Source: an uncultured Sutterella sp.
Lineage (GTDB): Bacteria > Pseudomonadota > Gammaproteobacteria > Burkholderiales > Burkholderiaceae_F
Direction of reading: 5' to 3'
Length of the DNA: 64,000 bases
NCBI GenBank assembly: GCA_944392755.1
Contig: CALXXT010000027.1
Span: 26,313-90,312, forward strand
Of the stretch, positions 37,364 to 48,997 are shown piece by piece (the stretch's first letter is position 1; each line of letters begins with the position of its first letter). The translations under genes were made by a program, and so were the position numbers. Below the pieces are notes generated by a model, which ran no database searches, had not been told where the DNA came from, and worked only from the letters and a program-made list of their open reading frames with translations.

Positions 37364-39292
37364 GTGTCCGGCACGCTTCAACGCAACGCAATCGAACTTC
37401 TCGCACCGGCGCGCGACGCCGACATCGGCATCGCCGCCATCGATCACGGCGCAGACGCCGTCTACATCGGAGGACCGGCCTTCGGCGCGCGTCAGTCCGC
37501 AGGCAACAGCCTCGAAGACATCTCAAGGCTTTGCGGCTATGCGCACCGCTACGGCGCCAAGGTTTTCCTCGCCCTCAACACCATCTTCACGGACGAGGAG
37601 CTGCCGCTTGCACGCCGGCTCGCGTTTGACGCGGCCGCGGCGGGCGTCGACGTCCTCATTCTTCAGGATCTGGGCCTGCTCGAGGGACCGCTTCCGGACA
37701 TCGAACTTCACGCGTCGACCCAATGCGACATCCGCACGCCCGAAAAAGCCGCCTTTCTCGAGCGCGCAGGATTCTCCCAGGTCGTTGCGGCGCGCGAACT
37801 TTCGCTCGACGAAATCCGCGCGATGCGCGCCGCACTGAAGCACGCCCGCATCGAATGCTTCGTCCACGGCGCGCTCTGCGTCAGCTACTCCGGGCGCTGC
37901 TTCATGAGCGAAGCCGTCGTCCACCGCTCGGCCAACCGCGGCGCCTGCTCGCAGCTCTGCCGCCTGCCCTACGACGTCGAAACGATCGACGGGCGCCGGC
38001 TTCTTGAGAACGCGCACGTGCTCTCGCTCAAGGACAACGACCAGTCCGCCAACCTCGAAGCGCTCATCGACGCGGGCGCCTCGACCTTCAAGATCGAAGG
38101 CCGCTTGAAGGACCTCGCCTACGTGAAGAACGCCACGGGCCGCTACCGCAAGCTCCTCGACGAAATCTTCGCTCGCCGTCCCGATCTCCATGCAAGCTCC
38201 GACGGCCGCACGAGGTTCTCCTTCGAACCCGATCCCGCCCGCGTCTTCAGCCGCGGGCAGACGGAATACTTCATCCACGGCCGCCGCTTCGACGAAGCCT
38301 ACGATCTTGCAGACCTCGCGACCCCGAAGTCCCGCGGTCGGGCGGCCGCGCGCTACATCGGCCGCCGCCGCGGACGGATGGCGCTCGAACCGCTTGCGGG
38401 CGTTGAAATCGCCAACGGCGACGGACTCGTCTGGACGACCTCGGCGGGAACGCTCCGCGGCGCCGCCGTGAACGGCGTCGAACAGGACCGCGACGGCGCC
38501 CTCATCGTGCAGACGAGCGAACCGATTCCGACGGCCGAACTCCCCGCCGCGGGACAAACGCTCACCCGCAACCGCGATCATGCGTTTCTGAAGCTCATGC
38601 AGGGGAAGACGGCCGAACGGCGCATTCCGGTCACGGGCGTGCTCACTGCGGTCGACGACGCGCTCGACTTCATGCTTTCGGACGGCACGGCCTGCGGATC
38701 GGCGGGCGTATCCATCCCGATCGAAGCGCCTTCGAACCCGGAAAAAAACCGCGCGCAGACGACGAAGAATCTTTCCCGGCTCGGCGACACCGAATTCGAG
38801 CTCACGGAGCTCTCGCTTCCGGAGCCCTTCGACGTCTTCATTCCGGCGAGCGTCGCAAACGACCTGCGGCGCGCGGCTGCGCTCGATCTGCGCCGGGCGC
38901 GCGAAGCGGCGCGCGAGAAGCCCCGCCGCGCGCCACGCTCTGAAAACCTGCGCGCGCCCTTTGAAGTTCTCGGCTTTGAGGCGAACGTCGCCAATCAACT
39001 CGCCCGGCGGTTCTATGAAAACGCCGGCTGCCGCATTCTCGCGCCCGCCTTCGAAATCCAGCCCGTGGCGGGCGCGGATCTCATGACCTGCCGGCACTGC
39101 GTTCGCGCGCAGCTCAAGATGTGCCCCAAGAGCGCCCGTCTCTATCCCCAGAAGGACAAGGCGCTCCTGCGTCCCGACCCGCTCGTCCTCATCAATTCCG
39201 CGGGCGAACGCTTCGAAGCCCGCTTTCACTGCCGGGAAAAACCCTGCTTCATGACGATCGTCCAAAAGGAATCCAGACGCGATGACGAATGA
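37364..39292 (+). CDS. rlhA: Peptidase U32 family with DUF3656-like C-terminus (RlhA-like rRNA hydroxylase)
   Basis: ELLAPA, GADAVYIG, HASTQ, HGALCVSYSG-x-C, SANRG-x-C-x-Q-x-CR, KIEGR; LMTCRHC. Confidence 0.75.
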   Translation: MSGTLQRNAIELLAPARDADIGIAAIDHGADAVYIGGPAFGARQSAGNSLEDISRLCGYAHRYGAKVFLALNTIFTDEELPLARRLAFDAAAAGVDVLILQDLGLLEGPLPDIELHASTQCDIRTPEKAAFLERAGFSQVVAARELSLDEIRAMRAALKHARIECFVHGALCVSYSGRCFMSEAVVHRSANRGACSQLCRLPYDVETIDGRRLLENAHVLSLKDNDQSANLEALIDAGASTFKIEGRLKDLAYVKNATGRYRKLLDEIFARRPDLHASSDGRTRFSFEPDPARVFSRGQTEYFIHGRRFDEAYDLADLATPKSRGRAAARYIGRRRGRMALEPLAGVEIANGDGLVWTTSAGTLRGAAVNGVEQDRDGALIVQTSEPIPTAELPAAGQTLTRNRDHAFLKLMQGKTAERRIPVTGVLTAVDDALDFMLSDGTACGSAGVSIPIEAPSNPEKNRAQTTKNLSRLGDTEFELTELSLPEPFDVFIPASVANDLRRAAALDLRRAREAAREKPRRAPRSENLRAPFEVLGFEANVANQLARRFYENAGCRILAPAFEIQPVAGADLMTCRHCVRAQLKMCPKSARLYPQKDKALLRPDPLVLINSAGERFEARFHCREKPCFMTIVQKESRRDDE

Positions 39293-40094
39293 AGACGACA
39301 TTCCATTCGAGATCCTCAGTCCGACGCCCGGCATGGCCGAGGTCCTCCTTGAACTGCGCATGAGGCTCGATCTCTGGACGAAGTCGGATGCTTCGCCCGC
39401 CGTCGCCCATGTCTGGGAAGATCTTCCTCTCCAGGCCTTTTCGGCAGAGCTCTCCCGCTACCCGCTGATCCTCTCGGGGTTGGGCGAAGGAGGCGCCGCG
39501 GCGGGCTGCGTTCCCGAAGCCGACCTCTACCATCGCCTCAGTCAAGAGCTCGGGATCATGAGCACGGACGATCTCAAGACCGAGTTCCTGGACCGCGTGG
39601 AAGGCCGGCACACGGCGGCCGACTTCCGCCGCGTGCAGGAGGCCGCCTCGATCGACGACCTTGTGCGCAACGACATGGCGCTCGGCTGGAGCGGCTTTGA
39701 AATCACGCCGAAGGACGACGCATTGGTCGAAAGAGCGCGCCGCGAGCGCATGTTTGCGGACTACTTCCGAGGGGCGCTCAACTGGACGCATCTGCGCGCG
39801 TGGGACATCGCACGGGCAGCCGCTTTGGCCGAAGAGGCGCGGGCCGCCGAAATGATCGATGAAGTGCTTTCCGCCTCTTTCGCGACGCGCACGTCGGGCG
39901 AAGCGCTCGTGCGGTTCTCGAGCTGGCACGCCTGGGCGCGCTCCCTCATCACGGCACGCGTCTGGCTTGCGCTCGAGGAGAGCGACCGCGCGGCGCTTGA
40001 AACGCTTCGACGGGAGGAAAAGCTTCTCGACGGGCTGCTCGAGGGCCCCTGGAAGCGGTTTCCATGGCCTCGGCTTAAAGCGACGGAACACTGA
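39282..40094 (+). CDS. Hypothetical protein, DUF1266-like
   Basis: AWD-x2-R and FSSW-x2-WA-x-S motifs; overlaps the U32 stop. Confidence 0.5.
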   Translation: MTNEDDIPFEILSPTPGMAEVLLELRMRLDLWTKSDASPAVAHVWEDLPLQAFSAELSRYPLILSGLGEGGAAAGCVPEADLYHRLSQELGIMSTDDLKTEFLDRVEGRHTAADFRRVQEAASIDDLVRNDMALGWSGFEITPKDDALVERARRERMFADYFRGALNWTHLRAWDIARAAALAEEARAAEMIDEVLSASFATRTSGEALVRFSSWHAWARSLITARVWLALEESDRAALETLRREEKLLDGLLEGPWKRFPWPRLKATEH

Positions 40095-40099
40095 AAAAG

Positions 40100-40130
40100 G
40101 AAAGGACGCACGGAATTCTCGGCGTCCTTT
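40100..40130. terminator. Bidirectional terminator
   Basis: AAAGGACGC...GCGTCCTTT. Confidence 0.55.
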
Positions 40131-40180
40131 GACTTTTCATCGTCTTCATGAGGCGCAGACGGAGCCGCGCGGCGCTGCGG

Positions 40181-41053
40181 TCAGCGCGGGCCCGCTTCGA
40201 GTGCGCGCCGACGGATCGCCTCCAGCGTCTTTTCAACGGCTCCCCGTTCCGGATCCGAAGGCTTCATGCCCTGAAGGCGGCGTTCAAGGCGTTCGGCCGC
40301 CTCCGCCCACCGCCCGCGCGAGACGGCGCCCATCGCCGCGAGCTCGAGCGCCTTCGGATCGTCCGGAGAGCGCTTGAGCGCAAGCGCGATCTGACGATCC
40401 GCCGCTTCGTAGGCATGGGGATTCTTCATCGTGTAGACGAGCGTCGCGAACTCCACAGCCGACGCCGTCTCAAGCCCCTCGGGGCCCGCGGCCTCCGCCG
40501 CGCGCACGTAGGCTTCGAGCGCGGGCTTGAGCTCTCCGGCCTCAATGCGGCGGTGAGCAAGCTGCACCCAGGCGCGCACGTCCTTCGGATTGTCTTCAAG
40601 GTAAGCCGTGATCTTCTCGACGTCGGCCCGTCCCTGAAGCACCGCCTGATCATCGGCAAGCCGCATCATTTCGGGGGCGCCGAGCAGCGCGTAGCTTCCC
40701 GCCGAAACCCCAATCAGAACGGCGAGGACAATGCCTGCGAGTTTCGCGCGGCGCCGTTCGGCCTCGGCCGAGCGCGCCGCATGAAGGGCGTCGAGGCTCT
40801 CGGCGGCTCCCGTTTCCTCAAGCGCCCGGCGCCGGAGATCTTCAAGAAGCGACGCGTAGAGTTCGGGCGTCACCGCTCCGGCGGCAAGCTCGTCGTCAAG
40901 ACGGCGCTTCTCGGCGCGGAGCGCCTCCTGCAGTCCCTGAGCGGAAGCGTCGGCCCCCGGCGCGCTCGCGCGCATGACGTTCCAGACGAGCCAGCCGCAG
41001 GCGGCTGCAAGCATCAGGAAGAGCGTGCCGTAGAGAATAATCAGGTCGTCCAT
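40181..41053 (-). CDS. ccmI: Cytochrome c biogenesis TPR protein (CcmI-like)
   Basis: TM, L-x2-E-x3-G-x-V-x3-Y-x6-L-x-RR-x-LEE, second TM ending Y-x2-LG, NP-x-D-x2-AW TPR. Confidence 0.7.
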   Translation of the reverse strand: MDDLIILYGTLFLMLAAACGWLVWNVMRASAPGADASAQGLQEALRAEKRRLDDELAAGAVTPELYASLLEDLRRRALEETGAAESLDALHAARSAEAERRRAKLAGIVLAVLIGVSAGSYALLGAPEMMRLADDQAVLQGRADVEKITAYLEDNPKDVRAWVQLAHRRIEAGELKPALEAYVRAAEAAGPEGLETASAVEFATLVYTMKNPHAYEAADRQIALALKRSPDDPKALELAAMGAVSRGRWAEAAERLERRLQGMKPSDPERGAVEKTLEAIRRRALEAGPR

Positions 41054-41067
41054 GGGCCCCTAGCCGG

Positions 41068-42498
41068 TCAGTTCTGTTCAAGTTCTTCGTGCGGCTTGCG
41101 CGGCCAGCAGACCACGCCCTTCTGAGAAGAGAGCACGGAGGGATCGAATTCCGGATTGACCGTCCCTTCGCGCTTCTGGCGGAAGTAGTCGTCGAGCGCC
41201 TCGTAGGCGAATTTCGCGAGGAGCGTGATCGCCACGAGGTTCACGATCGCCATGAGCGCCATGAAGAGGTCGGCAAGGTTCCAGACGAGGCTCATCGTGG
41301 AAATCGAGCCGAAGAAGACCATGATCACCACGCAGGCGCGGAAAATCTTGAGCGCCGCGGGACGGCGGCTGATGAAGTCCATGTTGACTTCACCGTAGAA
41401 GTAGTTGCCGATGATCGAGGAGAAGGCGAAGAAAAGGATCGTCACCGTCATGAAGGGATTCGTCCAGGCTCCGAGCTGATCGGTGAGGTTGCGCTGCACG
41501 AGCTCGATCCCCGTCATGCCCGTCTGCTGCCAATCGGGCGAGAGCAGAACGATCATGGCCGAGGACGTGCAGACGAGCATCGTGTCCACGAAGACGCCGA
41601 GCGCCTGCACGAGCCCCTGCTTCACCGGGTGCGAAGCGTCGGCCGTCGCGGCCGCGTTCGGCACCGAGCCCATGCCGGCCTCGTTCGAGAAGAGGCCGCG
41701 CTTGATGCCCGTCATGATCGCCATGCCGAAGCCCGCGCCCATGACGGCGTCGAAATCGAAGGCGCACTTCACGATCGTGACGAGCACTTCGGGCACGAGC
41801 GTGATGTTCATCACCGTCACGACGAAGGCAACGAGAAGGTAGGCGCCGGCCATGACCGGAACCATGTAGCCCGCAACCTTGGCGATGCGGGTGAGGCCGC
41901 CGAAAACGACAAGCGCCGTCAAAACCGCCACGATGAGGCCGACCGCCCAGGTCGGCGCGCCGAACGAGGTCTGCACCGAAAGCGCGATCGTGTTGGCCTG
42001 GACGGAATTGAAGATGAGGCCGTAGGTCACCGAAATGAGCACGGCGAAGACGCCGGCCCAGAAGGGCGAACCGAGAACGTTTCGGATGTAGTACGCGGGA
42101 CCGCCCACGAAGCCGCCCTTCGCGCGCGGCTCCTTGTAGATCTGAGCCAGCGTCGATTCGATGAAGCCCGTTGCGGCCCCGAAGCACGCAATCACCCACA
42201 TCCAGAAGACGGCGCCCGGACCGCCCGTGACGACCGCAATGGCGATGCCGGCGATGTTGCCGACGCCGACGCGGCTCGCCGTCGAAACGCAGAAGGCCTG
42301 GAAGGTCGAAATGTGCCCTTCCTTCGCGGCGGCGGAGGCGCCCTCCGTAAGAAGGCGGCTCATCTCAGGAAGGCGGCGCAGCTGCACGCAGCCCGTGCGG
42401 ATCGTGAACCAAATCCCAAGACCGACGAGCATGATGATGAGGACGTACGACCACAGCACGTCGTTGACGGCGCCGACCACGTTGCTGAGGCCGGACAT
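41068..42498 (-). CDS. Alanine/glycine:cation symporter (AGCS)
   Basis: SRVGVGNIAG, GGPGAVFWMW, ESTLAQ, GGPAYY, KRGLFSNEAGMGS, FAFSSIIGN. Confidence 0.94.
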   Translation of the reverse strand: MSGLSNVVGAVNDVLWSYVLIIMLVGLGIWFTIRTGCVQLRRLPEMSRLLTEGASAAAKEGHISTFQAFCVSTASRVGVGNIAGIAIAVVTGGPGAVFWMWVIACFGAATGFIESTLAQIYKEPRAKGGFVGGPAYYIRNVLGSPFWAGVFAVLISVTYGLIFNSVQANTIALSVQTSFGAPTWAVGLIVAVLTALVVFGGLTRIAKVAGYMVPVMAGAYLLVAFVVTVMNITLVPEVLVTIVKCAFDFDAVMGAGFGMAIMTGIKRGLFSNEAGMGSVPNAAATADASHPVKQGLVQALGVFVDTMLVCTSSAMIVLLSPDWQQTGMTGIELVQRNLTDQLGAWTNPFMTVTILFFAFSSIIGNYFYGEVNMDFISRRPAALKIFRACVVIMVFFGSISTMSLVWNLADLFMALMAIVNLVAITLLAKFAYEALDDYFRQKREGTVNPEFDPSVLSSQKGVVCWPRKPHEELEQN

Positions 42499-42735
42499 GA
42501 AAGCGTTAAACCATTCCAATTGGAAGCTCCCGAGAGAAGGAGGATGAGGGGGTGCGCGAAGAAGCCGAAGCGGGAAATGCGCAAAAACTAGGTATTTTAA
42601 GCAATCCCCCGATGTCCTGCGCGGCCTCGCGGGCGCCGCCCGCCTGCGGCGCCCGCTAGAATTCGAAATCCTGATCGGCGTCCACTCCCGGAGCCCTACG
42701 CGCTTAACCCGGCCGCTGCCGGGGTTCAACTCAAA

Positions 42736-43110
42736 ATGATTCTCTCGAAAGGCTTTTCGACCATCGGTCTCCTCTGCGTCTCCAACATCTTCATGACGTG
42801 CGCCTGGTACCTGCACCTGAAGCTGCAGACCCTCAAGGGCTTCAGCAGCTGGCCGCTCTGGGGCGTCGTCATCTTCTCATGGAGCATTGCGCTCTTCGAG
42901 TACAGCTTCATGGTGCCCGCCAACCGCATCGGCTTCGTCGGCAACGGCGGGCCCTTCACGCTCGTGCAGCTCAAGGTGATTCAGGAGTGCGTGACGCTCT
43001 TCATCTTCACGCTTTTCTCTCTGCTCGTCTTCCAGAACCGCTTCGGCTGGAACCACCTCGCCTCGTTTCTCTGCCTCGTCGGGGCCGTCTACTTCGCCTT
43101 TCAGAAGTAG
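42736..43110 (+). CDS. Small DMT-family membrane protein (DUF486-like)
   Basis: SNIFMT-x-AWY-x-HL, SW-x-IA-x-FEY-x3-VPANRIG, QLKVIQE. Confidence 0.85.
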   Translation: MILSKGFSTIGLLCVSNIFMTCAWYLHLKLQTLKGFSSWPLWGVVIFSWSIALFEYSFMVPANRIGFVGNGGPFTLVQLKVIQECVTLFIFTLFSLLVFQNRFGWNHLASFLCLVGAVYFAFQK

Positions 43111-43130
43111 AAGCTTTCGGCCGGATCGAG

Positions 43131-43433
43131 TCAGAGGCGGCGCTTGCCGCCGTGACGCCCGGCCGTCACCCAACGCACGTCGCCCTGAGCTTCGGCGCGC
43201 CGGCGGCGGGCTTCGCGCGGGTCGACGATGATGGGCGCGCAGATTTCGATTCTGTCGCCTTCGGCGATGGGGTCGTCAAGCTTGGCGCGGCGGCCGAAAA
43301 CGCCGATGCCGTCGCGCTCCCCGGGTTCGGCGCCGACGGCCCGGAGCGCATCGACGACGCTTGCGCCCTCGGGCACTTGCGCTTCCTTCGTTTCCACACC
43401 TTCGGGACGAACCCAGCAAACGACAACCTTCAT
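43131..43433 (-). CDS. rnfH: RnfH/RatB ubiquitin-like protein
   Basis: GVFG, GDRIEI-x2-P-x3-DP-x-EARRRRA; divergent from smpB. Confidence 0.88.
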   Translation of the reverse strand: MKVVVCWVRPEGVETKEAQVPEGASVVDALRAVGAEPGERDGIGVFGRRAKLDDPIAEGDRIEICAPIIVDPREARRRRAEAQGDVRWVTAGRHGGKRRL

Positions 43434-43616
43434 CCTGCGTCCTTCTCGTCGACATCAATCCGAAAGTCTCGGATTTTTCCGTTAAAATGAAAAGTTCAGC
43501 GCACGGCGCGCCGTTCGTGAAAAGTCGCGGCGGCGCGTCGTCAGCAGAAAAGTTTGCCACACCGCTGCGCGGCTGAGGAAGGCCATGCGGCGAAAATGAA
43601 AAGAACAACGAACATC

Positions 43617-44084
43617 ATGGCTCTCATTCAGAACAAACGCGCCCGCCACGACTACGCCATCGACGAGCGGTTCGAAGCGGGCCTCGTCCTCGACGGCTGG
43701 GAAGTGAAGAGCGTGCGCGCAGGCCGCGCGCAGATCAATCAGGCGCACGTCTACATCCGTGACGGCGAGCTCTTTCTTTGCAACGCGCACATGAATCCGG
43801 CCGATCAGGTCTGCACGCACGAGACGCTCGAGACGAACCGCACGCGCAAGCTCCTCATGCACAAGCGCGAAATCATGAAGCTCATCGGCCGCGTCGAGCG
43901 CCAGGGCTACACCATCATTCCGCTTGATCTGCACTTCACCCGCGGCCGCGTCAAGACGACCATCGCGCTTGCGCGCGGCAAGCGCGAATATGAAAAGCGC
44001 GCCGATGAAAGCAAGAAGGAGTGGAAGCGCGAACAGGAACGCATCATGAAGAAGGACGCCCGCGGGCGCCATGTGCTCGGATGA
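43617..44084 (+). CDS. smpB: SsrA-binding protein
   Basis: NKRARHDY, EAGLVL-x-GWEVKS-x-R, RTRKLLMHKREI, LARGK. Confidence 0.96.
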   Translation: MALIQNKRARHDYAIDERFEAGLVLDGWEVKSVRAGRAQINQAHVYIRDGELFLCNAHMNPADQVCTHETLETNRTRKLLMHKREIMKLIGRVERQGYTIIPLDLHFTRGRVKTTIALARGKREYEKRADESKKEWKREQERIMKKDARGRHVLG

Positions 44085-44153
44085 CGATGCGATTCCCCGA
44101 ACGTTCCTGCGGCGCCGCCCCGTCGACAGGCCTTCACGCCGGCCGCTGACGTC

Positions 44154-45188
44154 ATGCGCGCGCCCACGAATTCCCGCACGGAGGAAGCCCGCAGAGCGGC
44201 GCGCTTCCGCGCCTTCATGACGGCAGGCCTTCTCCTCACGGCCGCCGCCGCGCTTGTCGCGGTCGGGCTCGGCCGCTACGGCGTCGCGCCGGCGGACGTT
44301 GCGCGCATTCTCATGGGCGCAGGCGACGAGCTGCCGCTCGCCGCCCGCAACATCGTCCTCAACGTGCGGGTTCCCCGCATTCTGCTCGCGCTCTGCGCCG
44401 GCGCCGGGCTCTCGATTGCGGGCGCGGCCTTTCAATCGCTTTTCGCCAATCCCCTCGCCTCGCCCGACACGCTAGGCGTCGCGACGGGAGCATCCTTCGG
44501 CGCCGTTCTCGCCATTCTGTTCGGCTGGCCGAGCGCGGCCGTTCAAGCCTCATCCCTCGCGATGGGGCTTGCCGCCGTAGCGCTCGTCGTCGCCGCCGGA
44601 CGGATCCGCGGCGAGTCGACGGTGCTCTCGATCATTCTCTCCGGGATGATGACGGGCGCCCTTTTCACCGCGCTCGTCAGCCTCGTGAAGTATGCGGCCG
44701 ATCCTCAGGACGTTCTCCCTTCGATCACCTTCTGGATGATGGGCTCGCTCACGGGCGCCTCCTACGCCGGGCTCGCCGCGGGCGCTCCCGCGCTTGCGGC
44801 GGGAGCGCTCGTTCTCTGGCTTCTGCGCTGGCCCCTCAACGCCGCCACGCTTCCCCCCGACGAAGCCCGCAGCCTCGGCATCCCCGTGAAGAAGCTCCGC
44901 GCGGCCGTCATTCTCGCCGCCACGCTCGTCACCGCATCCGTCGTCTCCATGTGCGGACTCATCGGCTGGGTCGGACTCCTCGTTCCGCACGCCGCCCGGA
45001 TGGTCTTCGGCGCCAACAACCGCTTCGTCATCCCGGCTTCCGCCCTCTTCGGCGCGCTCTTCATGCTCGCCGTCGACACGGCGGCGCGGACGATCGCGGG
45101 AAACGAGATCCCGGTTTCCATTCTGACGGCGCTCATCGGGGCACCGTTTTTCATCTACCTCTTGAGACGCACGGGCGGCGCGCGATGA
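44154..45188 (+). CDS. FecCD-family ABC permease
   Basis: R-x-PRI, Q-x3-ANPLASP, FW-x-MGS, EARSLG, GLIGWVGL-x2-PH, GAPFF. Confidence 0.92.
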   Translation: MRAPTNSRTEEARRAARFRAFMTAGLLLTAAAALVAVGLGRYGVAPADVARILMGAGDELPLAARNIVLNVRVPRILLALCAGAGLSIAGAAFQSLFANPLASPDTLGVATGASFGAVLAILFGWPSAAVQASSLAMGLAAVALVVAAGRIRGESTVLSIILSGMMTGALFTALVSLVKYAADPQDVLPSITFWMMGSLTGASYAGLAAGAPALAAGALVLWLLRWPLNAATLPPDEARSLGIPVKKLRAAVILAATLVTASVVSMCGLIGWVGLLVPHAARMVFGANNRFVIPASALFGALFMLAVDTAARTIAGNEIPVSILTALIGAPFFIYLLRRTGGAR

Positions 45189-45249
45189 CGCGGGCGCGCA
45201 TCCGCAGGTCCGACCGAGAAGAAGGGGCCATTCGCCCGACTGAAATTCC

Positions 45250-46104
45250 ATGACCATGACGCTCGAAGTCCGAGACGGACGATTCGCTTATCCGGGCGAG
45301 AAGCCCGTGCTTGACGGGGTGAACTTTTCCTTCTCGGGGAGAGGGATCCTTTCGATTCTCGGACCGAACGGAGCCGGAAAGACGACGCTCCTGCGCGCGC
45401 TTCTCGGTCTGGCGCCCTTCTCCTCGGGGTCGGTGCGCTGGTGCGGACGCGAGTGGCGCGATTGGAAGCCGCGCGAGTTTTGGACGCGGGTGGGCTATGT
45501 TCCTCAGGCCAAAGTGCCGCAGTTCGCCGCGATGACGATTTCCGAGCTCGTCGCGCTCGGGCGCTCTTCGCGCCTCAGCCCGTTTGCGCTTCCGGGCGCC
45601 GCCGACTGGGAGGCCGTCGACCGCGCGCTCGAAACGGTCGGCATCGCGCATCTCGGCGCGCGCCTCTGCTCGGCCGTCTCGGGCGGACAGCTTCAGCTCG
45701 CCCTCATTGCCCGCGCGCTCGCGGCCGAACCCGAACTGCTCGTTCTCGATGAACCCGAGAGCAACCTCGACTTCCGCAATCAGCGCATCGTCGTCGACAC
45801 GCTCGCAAAGCTTGCCCGCGACGGACTCGGCGCCGTCATCAACACGCATTTCCCGGCGCATGCGCTCGAGCTTTCAAGCGAAGTGCTGCTCGTTCCCAGG
45901 GGCGAACCGCCCCTTTGCGGACCGATCGAACGCGTCATGACCGAAGAAAACCTCACCCGCGCCTTCGGCATCCGCATCCGCATGGGCGAAGCCGTCTTCC
46001 CCGAGAAGACCGTCCCTGTCGTCGCCGCGGTCGGCCGATCCGAGGACGCCCTTTCGATTGACGAGCAAAAGAACTGCAATAAACTACCTAATGAATATTC
46101 CTAA
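45250..46104 (+). CDS. Iron-chelate/cobalamin-type ABC ATPase
   Basis: GPNGAGKT, SGGQ, LDEPESNLD, THFP. Confidence 0.92.
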   Translation: MTMTLEVRDGRFAYPGEKPVLDGVNFSFSGRGILSILGPNGAGKTTLLRALLGLAPFSSGSVRWCGREWRDWKPREFWTRVGYVPQAKVPQFAAMTISELVALGRSSRLSPFALPGAADWEAVDRALETVGIAHLGARLCSAVSGGQLQLALIARALAAEPELLVLDEPESNLDFRNQRIVVDTLAKLARDGLGAVINTHFPAHALELSSEVLLVPRGEPPLCGPIERVMTEENLTRAFGIRIRMGEAVFPEKTVPVVAAVGRSEDALSIDEQKNCNKLPNEYS

Positions 46105-46157
46105 CACAGGAATTTCAATAGGTTAGATTTTCGATAAAGAGAATTTCTGTCGTTTTC

Positions 46158-46186
46158 TTGACAGTCGGGCATCCGTGGCGTAGCCT
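46158..46186 (+). promoter_or_regulatory. Sigma70 promoter of the leu operon
   Basis: TTGACA-N17-TAGCCT, about 50 bp before the leuA ATG. Confidence 0.6.
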
Positions 46187-46235
46187 CCTCTGCATGTGCG
46201 GCGAACGAGCCGCTTTGCGAGTTACGGAGGTACCG

Positions 46236-47795
46236 ATGACCCAAGCCGACGACCACGTCATTATTTTCGACACCACCCTTCGAGACGGCGAGCAGGCCCT
46301 TCCGCAAAGTCTTTCGATGAGGCAGAAGATGCAGATCGCGCTCGCGCTCGAGGAGCTCGGCGTCGACGTGATCGAAACGGGGTTCCCCATCTCCTCGAGG
46401 GGCGACTTCGAGAGCTGCGAGGCCATCGCGAAGGCGCTCAAGCGTTCGGTTCCGTGCGGGCTCGCCCGCTGCGTTGAAAAGGACATCGACGCGGTGGGCG
46501 AAGCGCTTGCCGCGGCGGAGCGGTTCCGCATCCACACCTTCATCGCAACGAGCGACATTCACGTGCAGGACAAGCTCCGGCGCTCCTTCGACGACGTCGT
46601 CGAGATGGCCGTGAAGGCCGTCGCGCACGCGCGCAGCTACACGGACGACGTGGAATTCAGCTGCGAGGACGCAGGCCGCACGCCGATCGACAACCTCTGC
46701 CGCATGGTGGAGGCGGCGATCCGAGCGGGCGCGACGACGATCAACCTTCCCGACACGGTGGGCTACACGCTCCCGGCGGAATTCAGCTCCATCATCGCTA
46801 CCGTGATGAACCGCGTGCCCAACATCGACCAAGCCGTCGTTTCGGTGCACTGCCACAACGACCTCGGCATGGCGACGGCGAATTCGCTCTCGGCGCTTCA
46901 GGCCGGGGCGCGGCAGATCGAATGCTGCATGAACGGGCTCGGCGAGCGGGCGGGAAACTGCTCGCTCGAGGAGGTCGCGATGGCCATCAAGCTGCGCTCC
47001 AAGTATTTGGGCGGCCTGCGCACGAACATCGTCTCGCAGAACATCGCCCGCACGTCCGCGCTCGTCTCGAAGCTCTGCCACGAACCCGTTCCCTCCCACA
47101 AGGCGATCGTGGGTTCGAACGCCTTCTCGCACAGCTCGGGCATCCATCAGGACGGCGTGCTGAAGAACCGCGAGACCTACGAGATCCTCACGCCCGAAAG
47201 CGTCGGCTTCAAGGGCAACACCATGCACATGACGGCCCGCTCCGGCCGCCACATGATCCGTTCGTGCCTCAAGAACCTCGGCTACGACGACAGCGACTAC
47301 GACCTCAACGAAATCTACGCGAGGTTCCTCAAGCTTGCCGACCGCAAGGGCCAGGTGTTCGACTACGACCTTGAGGCGCTCCTCTTCTTCACGAAGCTCG
47401 ACGAGGAGGACGACAAGTACCACCTCGACATCCTCAACGTGATGAGCGGGTCGGGCGACACGGTGCCGACGGCGACCGTGCGCCTGCGCGTCGGCAAGCG
47501 CACCCGCACGGAGTCGAGCATCGGCAACGGCCCCGTCGACGCGCTCTACAACTGCATCACGCGCCTCACGGGCGTGAAGTGCAAGCTCACGAGCTACGAC
47601 ATCACGGCGAACGGCGCAGGCATGGACGCGCTCGGTCAGGTGGACGTCACGGTCGACCACGAAGGGCGCATCTTCCACGGCATGGGCCTCTCGACCGACG
47701 TGATCGAAGCCTCGGCCCTCGCCCTCATCCACGCGATCAACAACATTGAACGCTCGAAGAGCATTCACCAGAAGCGGCGGCTTACGGGCGTCTGA
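46236..47795 (+). CDS. leuA: 2-isopropylmalate synthase
   Basis: [39 protein letters not shown]; GGAGG RBS. Confidence 0.97.
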   Translation: MTQADDHVIIFDTTLRDGEQALPQSLSMRQKMQIALALEELGVDVIETGFPISSRGDFESCEAIAKALKRSVPCGLARCVEKDIDAVGEALAAAERFRIHTFIATSDIHVQDKLRRSFDDVVEMAVKAVAHARSYTDDVEFSCEDAGRTPIDNLCRMVEAAIRAGATTINLPDTVGYTLPAEFSSIIATVMNRVPNIDQAVVSVHCHNDLGMATANSLSALQAGARQIECCMNGLGERAGNCSLEEVAMAIKLRSKYLGGLRTNIVSQNIARTSALVSKLCHEPVPSHKAIVGSNAFSHSSGIHQDGVLKNRETYEILTPESVGFKGNTMHMTARSGRHMIRSCLKNLGYDDSDYDLNEIYARFLKLADRKGQVFDYDLEALLFFTKLDEEDDKYHLDILNVMSGSGDTVPTATVRLRVGKRTRTESSIGNGPVDALYNCITRLTGVKCKLTSYDITANGAGMDALGQVDVTVDHEGRIFHGMGLSTDVIEASALALIHAINNIERSKSIHQKRRLTGV

Positions 47796-48995
<1,200 letters not shown>

Positions 48996-48997
48996 CC

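Noticed and set aside
42499-42735. Glycine riboswitch before the AGCS gene or guanidine/preQ1 riboswitch before the DMT gene
   Set aside because: No GGAGA...CCGAAG...CUCUCAGG pattern and no ACGR-loop hairpins; just a single hairpin.
46187-46235. leuL attenuator
   Set aside because: No Leu-rich short ORF or terminator in the short leader.
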